The notes beneath the pieces were generated by a model. It did not search any database, was not told the origin of the DNA, and worked only from the letters and a program-made list of their open reading frames with translations. Made by a program: the position numbers and the translations under genes. Shown piece by piece: positions 1-9,601 of a stretch of DNA of 37,511 nt. Numbering within the stretch: position 1 is the first letter of the stretch; each line of letters opens with the position of its first letter. The DNA lies in the sequence record SRR31156797_12049; one strand, written 5' to 3'.

Positions 1-843
1 ATACAATGGTATCCTGGTCATATGACCAAGGCAAAAAGGGAAATGCTCACAAAGGTAAAGATGATAGACGGAGTAATCGAAGTGCTGGATGCACGTATTC
101 CTTTATCATCCAGAAACCCTGACTTTGATGAGATATTTAAACACAAAAGACGCTTGGTTATTCTGAATAAATCAGACTTAGCTGATAGAAATATAACCCG
201 TCAATGGATAGAATATTACAAAAGAAATGATATATTTGCGATAGACATATGTGCGACCAGAAAGAATGACAAACAAAGACTGATTCGATTTGTTGAGAAA
301 TCCTTTGAAGATAAAGCTAAGCGAAATGCTGAAAGAGGCATAAAAAAGAATATAAAACTAATGATAGTAGGCATTCCAAACTCTGGTAAGTCAACGATTA
401 TCAACCTTTTGTCCAAACAGGCATCAGCTAAAACCGGCAACAGACCAGGTGTTACTAAGGGGCAGCAGTTAATCAGAGTTACTGATTCTATAGTTCTGTT
501 GGATACTCCCGGTGTATTATGGCCAAAATTTGAGGATGATGAAGTTGCCTTAAATTTGGCTTTGACAGGTGCTATACGTGAACAGGTACTGGACATATGG
601 GACTTAGCATCACATCTCGTATCAAATACAAATAATTCCGTTAAAGAAAAAATAAAAGAAAGATATAAGATAGATACTCTGCCCAATGATGAAGTTGCCG
701 CAATTAAGGCAATAGCAAAAGCAAGAGGGTTTTTATTAAAGGGTGGAGAATATGACCTAGACAGAGCTGCCCAGACTGTATTAACTGAGTTCAAAAATGG
801 AAAATGGGGAGCAATATCTCTGGAAAGTCCAAAAGTGGAATAA
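1..843 (+). CDS. rbgA: Ribosome biogenesis GTPase RbgA/YlqF (5' end lies outside the window)
   Basis: Frame is open from base 1 (IQWYPGHM, the conserved RbgA N-terminus). Circularly permuted GTPase motifs DARIP, NKSD, GIPNSGKS, DTPG. Confidence 0.96.
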   Translation: MQWYPGHMTKAKREMLTKVKMIDGVIEVLDARIPLSSRNPDFDEIFKHKRRLVILNKSDLADRNITRQWIEYYKRNDIFAIDICATRKNDKQRLIRFVEKSFEDKAKRNAERGIKKNIKLMIVGIPNSGKSTIINLLSKQASAKTGNRPGVTKGQQLIRVTDSIVLLDTPGVLWPKFEDDEVALNLALTGAIREQVLDIWDLASHLVSNTNNSVKEKIKERYKIDTLPNDEVAAIKAIAKARGFLLKGGEYDLDRAAQTVLTEFKNGKWGAISLESPKVE

Positions 844-1814
844 TGAAAGAAGCAATTGATAATTTTAAATACGAAAGAAACTATTCATCAAAGGGATATT
901 CATTGATTGCAGGTATAGATGAAGCAGGGAGAGGACCTTTGGCAGGTCCTGTTGTTGCTGCCTGTTGTATTATGGATATGGACAATATTATAGAGGGCAT
1001 TACCGATTCAAAGAAAATATCTGTTAAGAGAAGAGAAAAGCTCTTTGAAGAAATTAAGCAAAATGCTCTCTGCTATGGAATCGGTATAGTTGATGAGGAT
1101 AAGATTGAAGAAATAAACATACTTAATGCCGCAAAGCTAGCTATGAAATCTGCATATGAAAACATGGACAAGAATGCTGATATAGTGCTTGTAGATGCTA
1201 TTAATAATATTGGTTTAAATGTAGAGACTATTGGTATTGTTAAGGGTGACATGCTGTCGTATACTATCGGGGCAGCTTCTATTCTTGCAAAGGTGACAAG
1301 GGATAGAATAATGATTAAATATCATGAGGAATACCCGGAGTATGGATTTGATACACATAAAGGATATGGGACAGCAAAGCATAGACAAGCTATATTAGAA
1401 CATGGACCTTGTGAAATTCATAGAATGAAATTTCTGCGCAAAATACTAGTTAGTGAAGATAAAAAGAATAATACGAGGATATTAGGTAAAAAGGGTGAGG
1501 ACTTTGCTGCAAAATATCTGATGAGTATTGGCTATGAAATACTATGTCAGAACTATTGGACCAAGCAGGGTGAGCTGGATATTGTCGCTAAAGAAGGTGA
1601 CGAAATAGTATTTGTGGAGGTTAAGCTCCGTAAATCAAATACTTACGGCAGTGGTATCGAAGCAATTACCAGCAGAAAGGTAAAAAACTTAAGATCTGCA
1701 GCAGAGATTTACTTAGCAGATAAGTTCAATGAAATACCTAAGTGTAGATTTGATTGTGTTGAGGTAGTAATTAATAGTAATTGGGAAATACTACATACAG
1801 GAAATGTATTTTGA
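843..1814 (+). CDS. rnhB: Ribonuclease HII fused in frame to a C-terminal YraN/UPF0102 domain
   Basis: GIDEAGRGPLAGP, DSKK, KGD and AASILAKV..D are RNase HII motifs. They are followed by GKKGE..A..YL..GY and GELDIV...FVEVK...RFD (YraN). Likely ATG at 843 overlaps the rbgA stop (TAATG). Confidence 0.92.
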   Translation: MKEAIDNFKYERNYSSKGYSLIAGIDEAGRGPLAGPVVAACCIMDMDNIIEGITDSKKISVKRREKLFEEIKQNALCYGIGIVDEDKIEEINILNAAKLAMKSAYENMDKNADIVLVDAINNIGLNVETIGIVKGDMLSYTIGAASILAKVTRDRIMIKYHEEYPEYGFDTHKGYGTAKHRQAILEHGPCEIHRMKFLRKILVSEDKKNNTRILGKKGEDFAAKYLMSIGYEILCQNYWTKQGELDIVAKEGDEIVFVEVKLRKSNTYGSGIEAITSRKVKNLRSAAEIYLADKFNEIPKCRFDCVEVVINSNWEILHTGNVF

Positions 1815-1839
1815 TAAATTTTTTTCGGAAGGTAAAAAG

Positions 1840-4800
1840 ATGAAGAAAAAACTAGGGATGATAATTATCCTGATAATTGTAATGATGATAGCATCTTCAT
1901 GCAAAAAATCAGAAGATGAAGTGCCATCAGGCATCAATCTGCTGACCAATGGAGACTTTTCGTCTGATATTTGGGAAGATTGGAAAAAAGATATATGGAT
2001 TGACGATGAATGGATTACCCAGATAGAAGCTGTGGATGATGACGGTAATGCAGTTATGATTATAAATAACGACGAAAACGATGCAAAGATAAAGCAGACG
2101 GTTTCGGTCGAGACCAATACATATTATAAATTATCCGGTTACATAAAAGCAGAAAATATCCGAGACGGTGCAGCAGCGAATCTTTCTTTTGAGAACATTT
2201 TCGTATATGCTGGAAATCTGACTGATACTGATGGTGAATATCAGTACGTAGAGGTATACGGAAAAACATCAAACAAACAAAAATCCCTGACAGTCTTTGT
2301 ACGGTTAGGCGGATATTCTCTTGAAAGTATAGGAATAGCATATTTTAAGGATATTAGACTGGAAAAGGTTGATGACATTCCTTCGGATGCAGAGGTTTAT
2401 GAACTGGAGGAAGTGAAACAAACCAAGAATAAAACTGAAGAGGATGATATTGGCAAGGAAAAATTCGAAGGCTGGATGATGACAATATGCCTTATTTATC
2501 TGCTGTGGTTTATAATAGCCCGCAGAAGATATAAAGATGTAGGTTTATATAATAAAGATACAAATCTTTTTTGGTATTTATTCATTTGCATATTGTTAAT
2601 TGGAACTATTATCAGGATATTTGTGGCAGTTAAAGTAGTAGGCTATCCAAACGATATGGCATGCTGGCAGGCGTGGTCTTATCTTTCTGCCGAAAATGGA
2701 TTGGTAAACCTATATGACGGCAGTGTATTTATTGACTATCCGCCAGGATATATGTATATCCTGTATGCATTAGGCTGGTTAATGAAAATACCAGGATTAG
2801 ATAAAGCATCACAATTAATTGTAAAAATGCCGTCGATTATTACAGATATAATTCTCTCAATTATGATATTCAAGCTTGCAGAGAAATCCTTTAACAAAAG
2901 GGCAGGATTAATGCTGGCAGCATTCTATTTCCTATCTCCTGCAATTATTACAGACTCTGCAGCATGGGGACAGATAGATTCCATATTAGCCATAATGGTT
3001 ATCTGGTACATTCTAAGGCTGTATAAGAATGATTTTGTATTAGCTGGTATAATTCTAGCAGTAGGAACTCTCCTAAAGCCGCAGATGCTTCTATTCGCAC
3101 CTGTGTATCTTGTTGCAGCATTTTATTATGGCAGAGATAATGGATTTGCAAAGGGGATAAAGAAATTCTTCTATGGATTTATTGCTGGATGCGGTGCTTT
3201 CTTCCTCATAGTACTGCCGTTTCAGATACGATATGGATTTAATTTCATATTCAATTTATATTGGAGTACATTATCATCCTATGAATCAATGTCGCTGAAT
3301 GCATGCAATCTGTGGGGACTAATAGGAGGCATGTGGGCGGATATAGGCAAGCAGTTCGGACCGCTGACATTTGGACAATGGGGCAATATAGGCTTGATTG
3401 TTGCAGTACTGACATATCTGGGGATATCATTCTTTGACAAGGATAAGAAAAATATCTTTTATAATGCTGCAGTGCTTATAGTCGGTATCTATTTATTAGC
3501 AGGAAAGATGCATGAAAGATATATGTTCGCCGCAATGGCGCTATTATTAGTATCGTATATTCTTACTAAAAAGCGCAGTCACTTATGGCTGTTCATACTA
3601 TTCACTATTGTACAGTTTACTAATATTTCACTGGTATTGGTAAATGAATATATTTTCCATGGCGACACTTGGACTGTTGCAATTTCACTGGCTACAATCT
3701 TTGGGTACATGAGTATGCTGATGGGTGCATTGGTCAATATATATCAGCTGGAGTACGAGGAAGAACTCGAAGAAACTGAACTTAAAAGTGAAAAAAGAAA
3801 TGTTATAGAAAAGAAAACTGCTGCTAATCTAAAAGGTAATAAATACAAGGGGCTTTTTGCGAGCCTTGGTAAAAAAGACTATATAATAATGGGCATAGTA
3901 ACCCTTGTTTATACGATTGTTGCGTTTATAAATCTCGGAAATAACTATGGATCAGAGACTATGTGGGAAGCTGATACCCGTAATCAGGAAATAATCGTTG
4001 ATTTCGGCGAAGATGTTGAGATTGACAGGGTAATGTTCTTTAGAGTGCTGGCAACAAATGGAGCATATTTTAGTGTGGAATATGCTGCTGACGGCAGTGA
4101 AGATGATTATGTTCTAAAGAATTTTTTTGTTATTGGTGAAAGCAGTGATTACGATGATGAAGATGGAGAGCAAAAGAAAGGCTTCATGGAGAGTGAATTT
4201 ACAATTGATAAAGATACTACTGATGAATCCCTATACACATTTTCCACTTCTCATGCTGTATTAAAATGGATAGAGCTAAACAGCAATACTACAGCACGTT
4301 ATGCCAGAATTATAATTGGAAGACCTACTATCAGAATATCAGAACTAGGCTTTATGGATAGTGATAATAACGTTATACCTATTGAAAAGGTTCAGATAAT
4401 AAATGGTGATGAAAATAACGAAAACAGCCCAATGCTGATGTTTGATGAGCAGGATATGATACCTGAACATGAGACGTTTATGAACTCTACATATTTTGAT
4501 GAAATTTATCATGCCAGAACTGCTTGGGAGCATCTCATGTACATCGAACCATACGAAACTACCCATCCTCCTCTGGGCAAGGTGATTATGAGCTTAGGAA
4601 TAAAAATATTCGGTCTAAATCCCTTCGGCTGGAGATTTATGGGTACTATAGTTGGTATATTGATGGTACCTCTGATGTATTTAATCGGTATGGTATTATT
4701 TGAAAAAACACATTATGCAGCAATTACTATGCTGCTTATGACATTTGACTTCATGCACTTTGCTCAGACTAGAATTGCTACCATTGACAGCTATGGTGTA

Positions 4801-5745
4801 TTCTTCATTATACTGATGTATCTGTGCATGGGCATTTACTACAAGATGAATTTCTATAAGCACAAGTTTGTGCATACATTGATACCTCTTGGCTTGTCAG
4901 GACTTTTCTTCGGATTAGGAGCTGCAAGTAAATGGATATGCATATATGCTGGAGCAGGTCTTGCGGTTATATTCTTCTACACATTGTTTATGCGCTTAAA
5001 AGAATACAATTATGTGAAAAATTCAGATGATGATTTACTTGACGGTGACTTAAAGAGAACAATCGAAACAAAATTCGTTAAGTACACTGTAATAACATTA
5101 CTCTTATGTGTAGTATTCTTTATAATTATTCCATGCATTGTTTACTGCATGTCATACATTCCTATCCTAAAGATAGAGGATGGTAGAGGTTTAGAGTACA
5201 TTATTCAAAATCAAGTCAATATGTATAATTACCATTCTGGACTGACGGCAGGACACGGCTTCGCATCTCCTTGGTATGAATGGCCCTTTATAATCAAACC
5301 TATTTGGTACTATTCAGGATATACTGGTAAGGGGCTGGGTTATATGGCATCCATTGCTTCCTTTGGTAATCCAGCAGTCTGGTGGATTGGTACATGTGCG
5401 CTGATATATTTATTACTGAATACAATAATTAAAAGGAATCCGTCAAAAGTAACAATCTTTTTGCTAATAGGATTTGCTTCCCAGTTCCTGCCTTGGGTAC
5501 TAGTGCCAAGGTCGATGTTTATCTATCATTACTTTGCATCGGTTCCGTTTGTAATTATGATGATAGTAGTACTTATACGGAAACTGGAAAGTAACAAATG
5601 GTTCAGGAAAGAATACACCTATTTGTACATAGGTATTGTAATAATATTGTTTATTATGTTTTATCCGGTGCTTAGCGGTATGACAATTCCCAGCTCATAT
5701 GGTAAACTACTTAAGTGGCTGCCTACTTGGTGGTTCATTTCGTAG
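1840..5745 (+). CDS. Large polytopic GT-C glycosyltransferase: CBM-like domain, first GT-C module, beta-sandwich domain and PMT-family protein mannosyltransferase module
   Basis: MKKK, hydrophobic stretch and ASSC (signal/lipobox-like). NLLTNGDFS (CBM4/9-like). DYPPGY, WGQIDS, KPQ, MHERY (GT-C). YFDEIYH, HPPLGK, FGWRF, GNPAVWW, FIYHYF (PMT). The ORF track start at 1804 is an alternative. Confidence 0.8.
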   Translation: MKKKLGMIIILIIVMMIASSCKKSEDEVPSGINLLTNGDFSSDIWEDWKKDIWIDDEWITQIEAVDDDGNAVMIINNDENDAKIKQTVSVETNTYYKLSGYIKAENIRDGAAANLSFENIFVYAGNLTDTDGEYQYVEVYGKTSNKQKSLTVFVRLGGYSLESIGIAYFKDIRLEKVDDIPSDAEVYELEEVKQTKNKTEEDDIGKEKFEGWMMTICLIYLLWFIIARRRYKDVGLYNKDTNLFWYLFICILLIGTIIRIFVAVKVVGYPNDMACWQAWSYLSAENGLVNLYDGSVFIDYPPGYMYILYALGWLMKIPGLDKASQLIVKMPSIITDIILSIMIFKLAEKSFNKRAGLMLAAFYFLSPAIITDSAAWGQIDSILAIMVIWYILRLYKNDFVLAGIILAVGTLLKPQMLLFAPVYLVAAFYYGRDNGFAKGIKKFFYGFIAGCGAFFLIVLPFQIRYGFNFIFNLYWSTLSSYESMSLNACNLWGLIGGMWADIGKQFGPLTFGQWGNIGLIVAVLTYLGISFFDKDKKNIFYNAAVLIVGIYLLAGKMHERYMFAAMALLLVSYILTKKRSHLWLFILFTIVQFTNISLVLVNEYIFHGDTWTVAISLATIFGYMSMLMGALVNIYQLEYEEELEETELKSEKRNVIEKKTAANLKGNKYKGLFASLGKKDYIIMGIVTLVYTIVAFINLGNNYGSETMWEADTRNQEIIVDFGEDVEIDRVMFFRVLATNGAYFSVEYAADGSEDDYVLKNFFVIGESSDYDDEDGEQKKGFMESEFTIDKDTTDESLYTFSTSHAVLKWIELNSNTTARYARIIIGRPTIRISELGFMDSDNNVIPIEKVQIINGDENNENSPMLMFDEQDMIPEHETFMNSTYFDEIYHARTAWEHLMYIEPYETTHPPLGKVIMSLGIKIFGLNPFGWRFMGTIVGILMVPLMYLIGMVLFEKTHYAAITMLLMTFDFMHFAQTRIATIDSYGVFFIILMYLCMGIYYKMNFYKHKFVHTLIPLGLSGLFFGLGAASKWICIYAGAGLAVIFFYTLFMRLKEYNYVKNSDDDLLDGDLKRTIETKFVKYTVITLLLCVVFFIIIPCIVYCMSYIPILKIEDGRGLEYIIQNQVNMYNYHSGLTAGHGFASPWYEWPFIIKPIWYYSGYTGKGLGYMASIASFGNPAVWWIGTCALIYLLLNTIIKRNPSKVTIFLLIGFASQFLPWVLVPRSMFIYHYFASVPFVIMMIVVLIRKLESNKWFRKEYTYLYIGIVIILFIMFYPVLSGMTIPSSYGKLLKWLPTWWFIS

Positions 5746-5772
5746 AAATATATAATATAATCAGGAGGATAT

Positions 5773-7206
5773 ATGAAAGTAGAATATAGTTATTATTTGG
5801 AAAACAGTAAAAGCTTGGCTATAGAAATTGTAAATGAGCTCTCTAAGGAGTTTAAATATATTTCTATTTTAGCAACTGATGTTGAAGGTAAGACCTACAG
5901 ATGCGATTTTAACACAACCAGAATCTCAGACAGTATGATAAATGAAAGAGGATATGTGGCAAGAGTCTACAATGGGAAAGGCTATTGCGAGTATTCGTTT
6001 AATAAGCTGGATGAAAGCAATATTGAAGAAGTGAAAAATGAAATCCGCAGAACTGCAAACGAGTTCTCAGGATTCCTGTCAGATAGCGGAATTGAATATT
6101 ATGATTATGATTTAATCGAAGAAGAACCAATGACAACTAAGTATGAAGCTCCGCTGCCAGATAATTATGTAGATGCTGACGATGAGCAGATAGTCGCCAG
6201 ATTGAGCGCTTTAGTTAAGAAGGTTAGAGACTATTCTGATTTAGTTGTTAATTCCATTGCTGGCTTTGAGCAGGTAGTGATTTCAAAGGCATTCTACAGC
6301 AACGACAGACAATTGGAGCAGGTATATACATTCTCTACTGCAATAAATGTAGTATATGCACAGCGTGATGGAGACCTGAAGTATAATTACAATGCTGAGT
6401 CAGGAATGATGGGATTTGAGAGATTCGATAAGATTGAGGCAAACTACAAAAAGAGAGTAGATGAAACAATCCAAATGCTTGGTATGAGCCGTATTAAAGA
6501 AGGTGAATATGATATAATCTGCAATCCATCAGTATCCGGACTTATTGCTCACGAAGCCTTTGGTCATGGTGTTGAGATGGATATGTTTGTGAAAAACAGA
6601 GCAAAAGGTCAGGAATATATTAATGAATATGTTGCTTCAAAGAAAACAAATATGCATGACGGTGCACAAAGCGGTGTAAACGTTGCTTCTTATTTATTCG
6701 ATGATGAGGGAGTATTCGGAACTGATACCAAAGTCATTGATAAAGGCATACTAAAAGCTGGCATCTCTGATTTGCTGTCTGCTAACAAACTAAAAACAAT
6801 ACCAACAGGAAATGGCAGAAGAGAGTCCTTCGAGAGAAAGGCATATGCCAGAATGACAAATACATACTTTGCCAATGGAACTGACAAGCTGGAGGATATA
6901 ATTAAGTCAATCAAATACGGCTTTATGCTGGAAGACTACAATTCAGGTATGGAGGATCCAAAGAACTGGGGAATTCAATGCATTGTATCCAGAGCACGTG
7001 AGATAGTAAACGGTGAATACACAGGCAAAATATTTGGACCTATTATGATGACAGGATATGTGCCTGATATTCTAAAGGCGATTACTATGGTTTCTGATAC
7101 TAATGTTGAGCTGTACGGCAGCGGATTCTGCGGAAAAGGCTACAAAGAGTGGGTAAAGACATCTATAGGCGGAGTGTATATAAAAACCAGAGGAAGGTTG
7201 GGCTAA
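5773..7206 (+). CDS. tldD: TldD-family metalloprotease (catalytic subunit)
   Basis: HEAFGH zinc motif, FDDEG, TGNGRRES, ARMTNTY and C-terminal CGKG. AGGAGG RBS. Confidence 0.9.
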   Translation: MKVEYSYYLENSKSLAIEIVNELSKEFKYISILATDVEGKTYRCDFNTTRISDSMINERGYVARVYNGKGYCEYSFNKLDESNIEEVKNEIRRTANEFSGFLSDSGIEYYDYDLIEEEPMTTKYEAPLPDNYVDADDEQIVARLSALVKKVRDYSDLVVNSIAGFEQVVISKAFYSNDRQLEQVYTFSTAINVVYAQRDGDLKYNYNAESGMMGFERFDKIEANYKKRVDETIQMLGMSRIKEGEYDIICNPSVSGLIAHEAFGHGVEMDMFVKNRAKGQEYINEYVASKKTNMHDGAQSGVNVASYLFDDEGVFGTDTKVIDKGILKAGISDLLSANKLKTIPTGNGRRESFERKAYARMTNTYFANGTDKLEDIIKSIKYGFMLEDYNSGMEDPKNWGIQCIVSRAREIVNGEYTGKIFGPIMMTGYVPDILKAITMVSDTNVELYGSGFCGKGYKEWVKTSIGGVYIKTRGRLG

Positions 7207-7208
7207 GC

Positions 7209-8501
7209 ATGATAAATAGAATAAAAGACTTATTGAGAATAAATAATAAAGTAGATGGCTACTTAATAAATGCAAGAGAAGTGAAATCCAAGGAATTGTT
7301 CTTTATCAGAGATAAGATGGAAATGAACAGAGCAAAGGATGTTGAGCATTATGACTTGACAGTGTACAAGGATTTTGAGGAAGAAGGAACCAAGTATAAA
7401 GGATCTGCAACAGTATTGATTTCACCAACAATGAGTGCCGTTGAAATAGCAAAAATTATTGATGGTGCAATATATGCTGCATCATTTGTTAAAAATCCTT
7501 ATTATGAATTAGTCGAAGATGCTTCTGACAGAATGCCAAAACTTCGCAGCAGCCGAGTTGAAGTTAGTAATGATGGTATATTGACTGACATTGTAAAAGC
7601 AGTTTACTCCTGTGATGAGCCTTCAAATGGCAATATCAACAGCACTGAAATATTTATTGAAACAACGAGTAAAAGGATTGTCAACTCAGAAGGTATTGAT
7701 AGAGAGTATACATCAAGTAAACTTCACATGAGTATAATTGTTGAATATGCCCATGAGGATGAAGAGATTGAGTTAATTGAAATTTTTAATATTCACCATT
7801 TTGACAAAAGAAAGATGAAGCAAAAAATTCGTGAACTGTTTAATAATGCGAAAAACAGAGCACATGCAAAGTCAGAAGAACTTCCAACTGGTATTCCAAT
7901 AATACTTCGTGATGACAGTGTTCGTGAAATGCTTACATATTATGAAGCTCAGACAAGCGTTGATGCGATTTATAATAAGCGTTCCTCTATTCAAGCTGGG
8001 GATATGATTCAGGGTGAAAATATTAAAGGTGACAAAATCAATATGGTATTGACACCAGAAATTGAGGAATCAATCTATTCATCTCATATAGATGATGATG
8101 GTGTACTGCTTAATGAAGTCAAACTGATAAAAGATGGTCAGGTAGCTAGTATTCACGGAAGCTCAAGATATTCTCAATATTTAAATGTCAGACCAACAGG
8201 TATAATAAAGAATGTAGTTGTAGACGGCGGCAGTATCAGCTATAAAGATATGATAAAGGAAGACTGTTTGGAGGTTATTAGTTTCTCAGATTTTCAAATT
8301 GACGATGTAACTGGTGACTTTGGCGGCGAAGTAAGGCTGGCTATTTATCATCAAAATGGTTATGAGATTCCTTTGACAGGCGGTTCAATAACGGGCAAAA
8401 TCAAGGATATTCAGGAGAATATGTACTTTTCAACTGAAATAGATATGTTTGATAATTTCTATTGTCCAAAGGCAATTAAGTATACAAACACTGAAGAATA
8501 G
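7209..8501 (+). CDS. TldE/PmbA-like partner subunit
   Basis: Follows tldD after 2 bp and is similar in size. DDDG and 'SFSDFQIDDVTGDFGGEVRLA' C-terminal motifs. No HExxH. Confidence 0.78.
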   Translation: MINRIKDLLRINNKVDGYLINAREVKSKELFFIRDKMEMNRAKDVEHYDLTVYKDFEEEGTKYKGSATVLISPTMSAVEIAKIIDGAIYAASFVKNPYYELVEDASDRMPKLRSSRVEVSNDGILTDIVKAVYSCDEPSNGNINSTEIFIETTSKRIVNSEGIDREYTSSKLHMSIIVEYAHEDEEIELIEIFNIHHFDKRKMKQKIRELFNNAKNRAHAKSEELPTGIPIILRDDSVREMLTYYEAQTSVDAIYNKRSSIQAGDMIQGENIKGDKINMVLTPEIEESIYSSHIDDDGVLLNEVKLIKDGQVASIHGSSRYSQYLNVRPTGIIKNVVVDGGSISYKDMIKEDCLEVISFSDFQIDDVTGDFGGEVRLAIYHQNGYEIPLTGGSITGKIKDIQENMYFSTEIDMFDNFYCPKAIKYTNTEE

Positions 8502-8519
8502 GATATTTTTAATTATAAA

Positions 8520-8546
8520 TGGAACTATTTAGACTATGACTGCGTC
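8520..8546 (+). promoter_or_regulatory. Candidate ECF-sigma promoter (TGGAAC-N17-CGTC)
   Basis: Matches the B. subtilis SigM/SigW/SigX-type -35 AAC and -10 CGT consensus, 35 bp before the ATG at 8581. Confidence 0.5.
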
Positions 8547-8580
8547 AAAGATTATATCACGAAATTTATGGAGGTATGAT

Positions 8581-9525
8581 ATGAAAAAGTACAGACTGCT
8601 GTTATTTGTATTGGCAATAGTAATTATACTGTCAGTTACAGGATGCTCAGCAAAAGATTCAAGCATAAACTATACTAAGACAGATTCAGATGAGGAACCA
8701 TCATTGGTCAGTGATGATATAATGGTGGTCGAAGAGATGGCAGAAGATGGTTATTACGGTGATGATGAGAGTGGGACTAGTTCAGGCAGTTCAGAGGAGA
8801 TTGAAGACTATTCGGAAAAAATCATCTATAATGCCAGCTTCGAACTGGTAGCTGATGATGTCACAGATACATCAGACAAGATAGTGGATATGGTTAATCA
8901 GGTAGGCGGATATGTATCATATCTGAATAAGAGCAATTATTCATCTTCTTCTGAATATGTAAATATGGAAGTCAGAGTTCCTGCAAGCGGATTGATTGAT
9001 TTTTCTGATTATATTTCTACATTGGCATCTGTTAGTTATGAAACTATGTCTTCAAACAATATTACTGAACAGTATTATGACATCAAAACAAGGCTGGAGC
9101 ATCAGCAATTACAGGCAGAACAGTTGGAAGAATTGATGAAGAAAGCAGAAACTACAGAGGATATTCTGGCTGTAAGGAGTGAGCTATCTACAGTACAGGA
9201 AACTATAGAAGTGTATCAAGGCAGAATTAGGATGTGGGATTCTCTGGTTAACTATTCAACTGTAAACATTAACATAAGCAAGACTCCTACAATAGATGAC
9301 AATGATGGACTGCTTCGTATGGTAACCTTAGGCGAAACTGGTCGTGCCATAGTGAGAGGCTTCCAGAATTCCGGAATATTCATTGTTAACTTCTTCTCAT
9401 TCCTGCTAAGGCTTATTGCAATACTGATAGTACCAGCTGTAATAGTTGTACCTATAGTTATTCTAGTAGTTAAGCTGATTAAGAAAAGACGTAATAAGAA
9501 AAAGGAAGATTTGGATAATAAATAA
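8581..9525 (+). CDS. DUF4349-like lipoprotein with a C-terminal transmembrane anchor
   Basis: GGAGG RBS and lipobox VTGC. 'KIIYNA...VRVP...NITEQYYD...DIL.V..EL...YSTVNI' pattern. C-terminal hydrophobic helix followed by KKRRNKK. Confidence 0.78.
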   Translation: MKKYRLLLFVLAIVIILSVTGCSAKDSSINYTKTDSDEEPSLVSDDIMVVEEMAEDGYYGDDESGTSSGSSEEIEDYSEKIIYNASFELVADDVTDTSDKIVDMVNQVGGYVSYLNKSNYSSSSEYVNMEVRVPASGLIDFSDYISTLASVSYETMSSNNITEQYYDIKTRLEHQQLQAEQLEELMKKAETTEDILAVRSELSTVQETIEVYQGRIRMWDSLVNYSTVNINISKTPTIDDNDGLLRMVTLGETGRAIVRGFQNSGIFIVNFFSFLLRLIAILIVPAVIVVPIVILVVKLIKKRRNKKKEDLDNK

Positions 9526-9552
9526 CATTATTAAGCAACTATAAAAATAATT

Positions 9553-9576
9553 AGAGCGGTCTTTGACCGCTCTTTT
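9553..9576. terminator. Intrinsic terminator between convergent genes
   Basis: AGAGCGGTC-TTT-GACCGCTCT perfect stem followed by a T run. Confidence 0.85.
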
Positions 9577-9601
9577 AATGTACCTATTTGTATCAAATTT
9601 A

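Noticed and set aside
216-794. 192-aa minus-strand ORF, representative of the many antisense ORFs (for example 11983-12417, 33759-34481, 35884-36348)
   Set aside because: They lie opposite well-supported genes and show no motifs or RBS. They are shadow ORFs.
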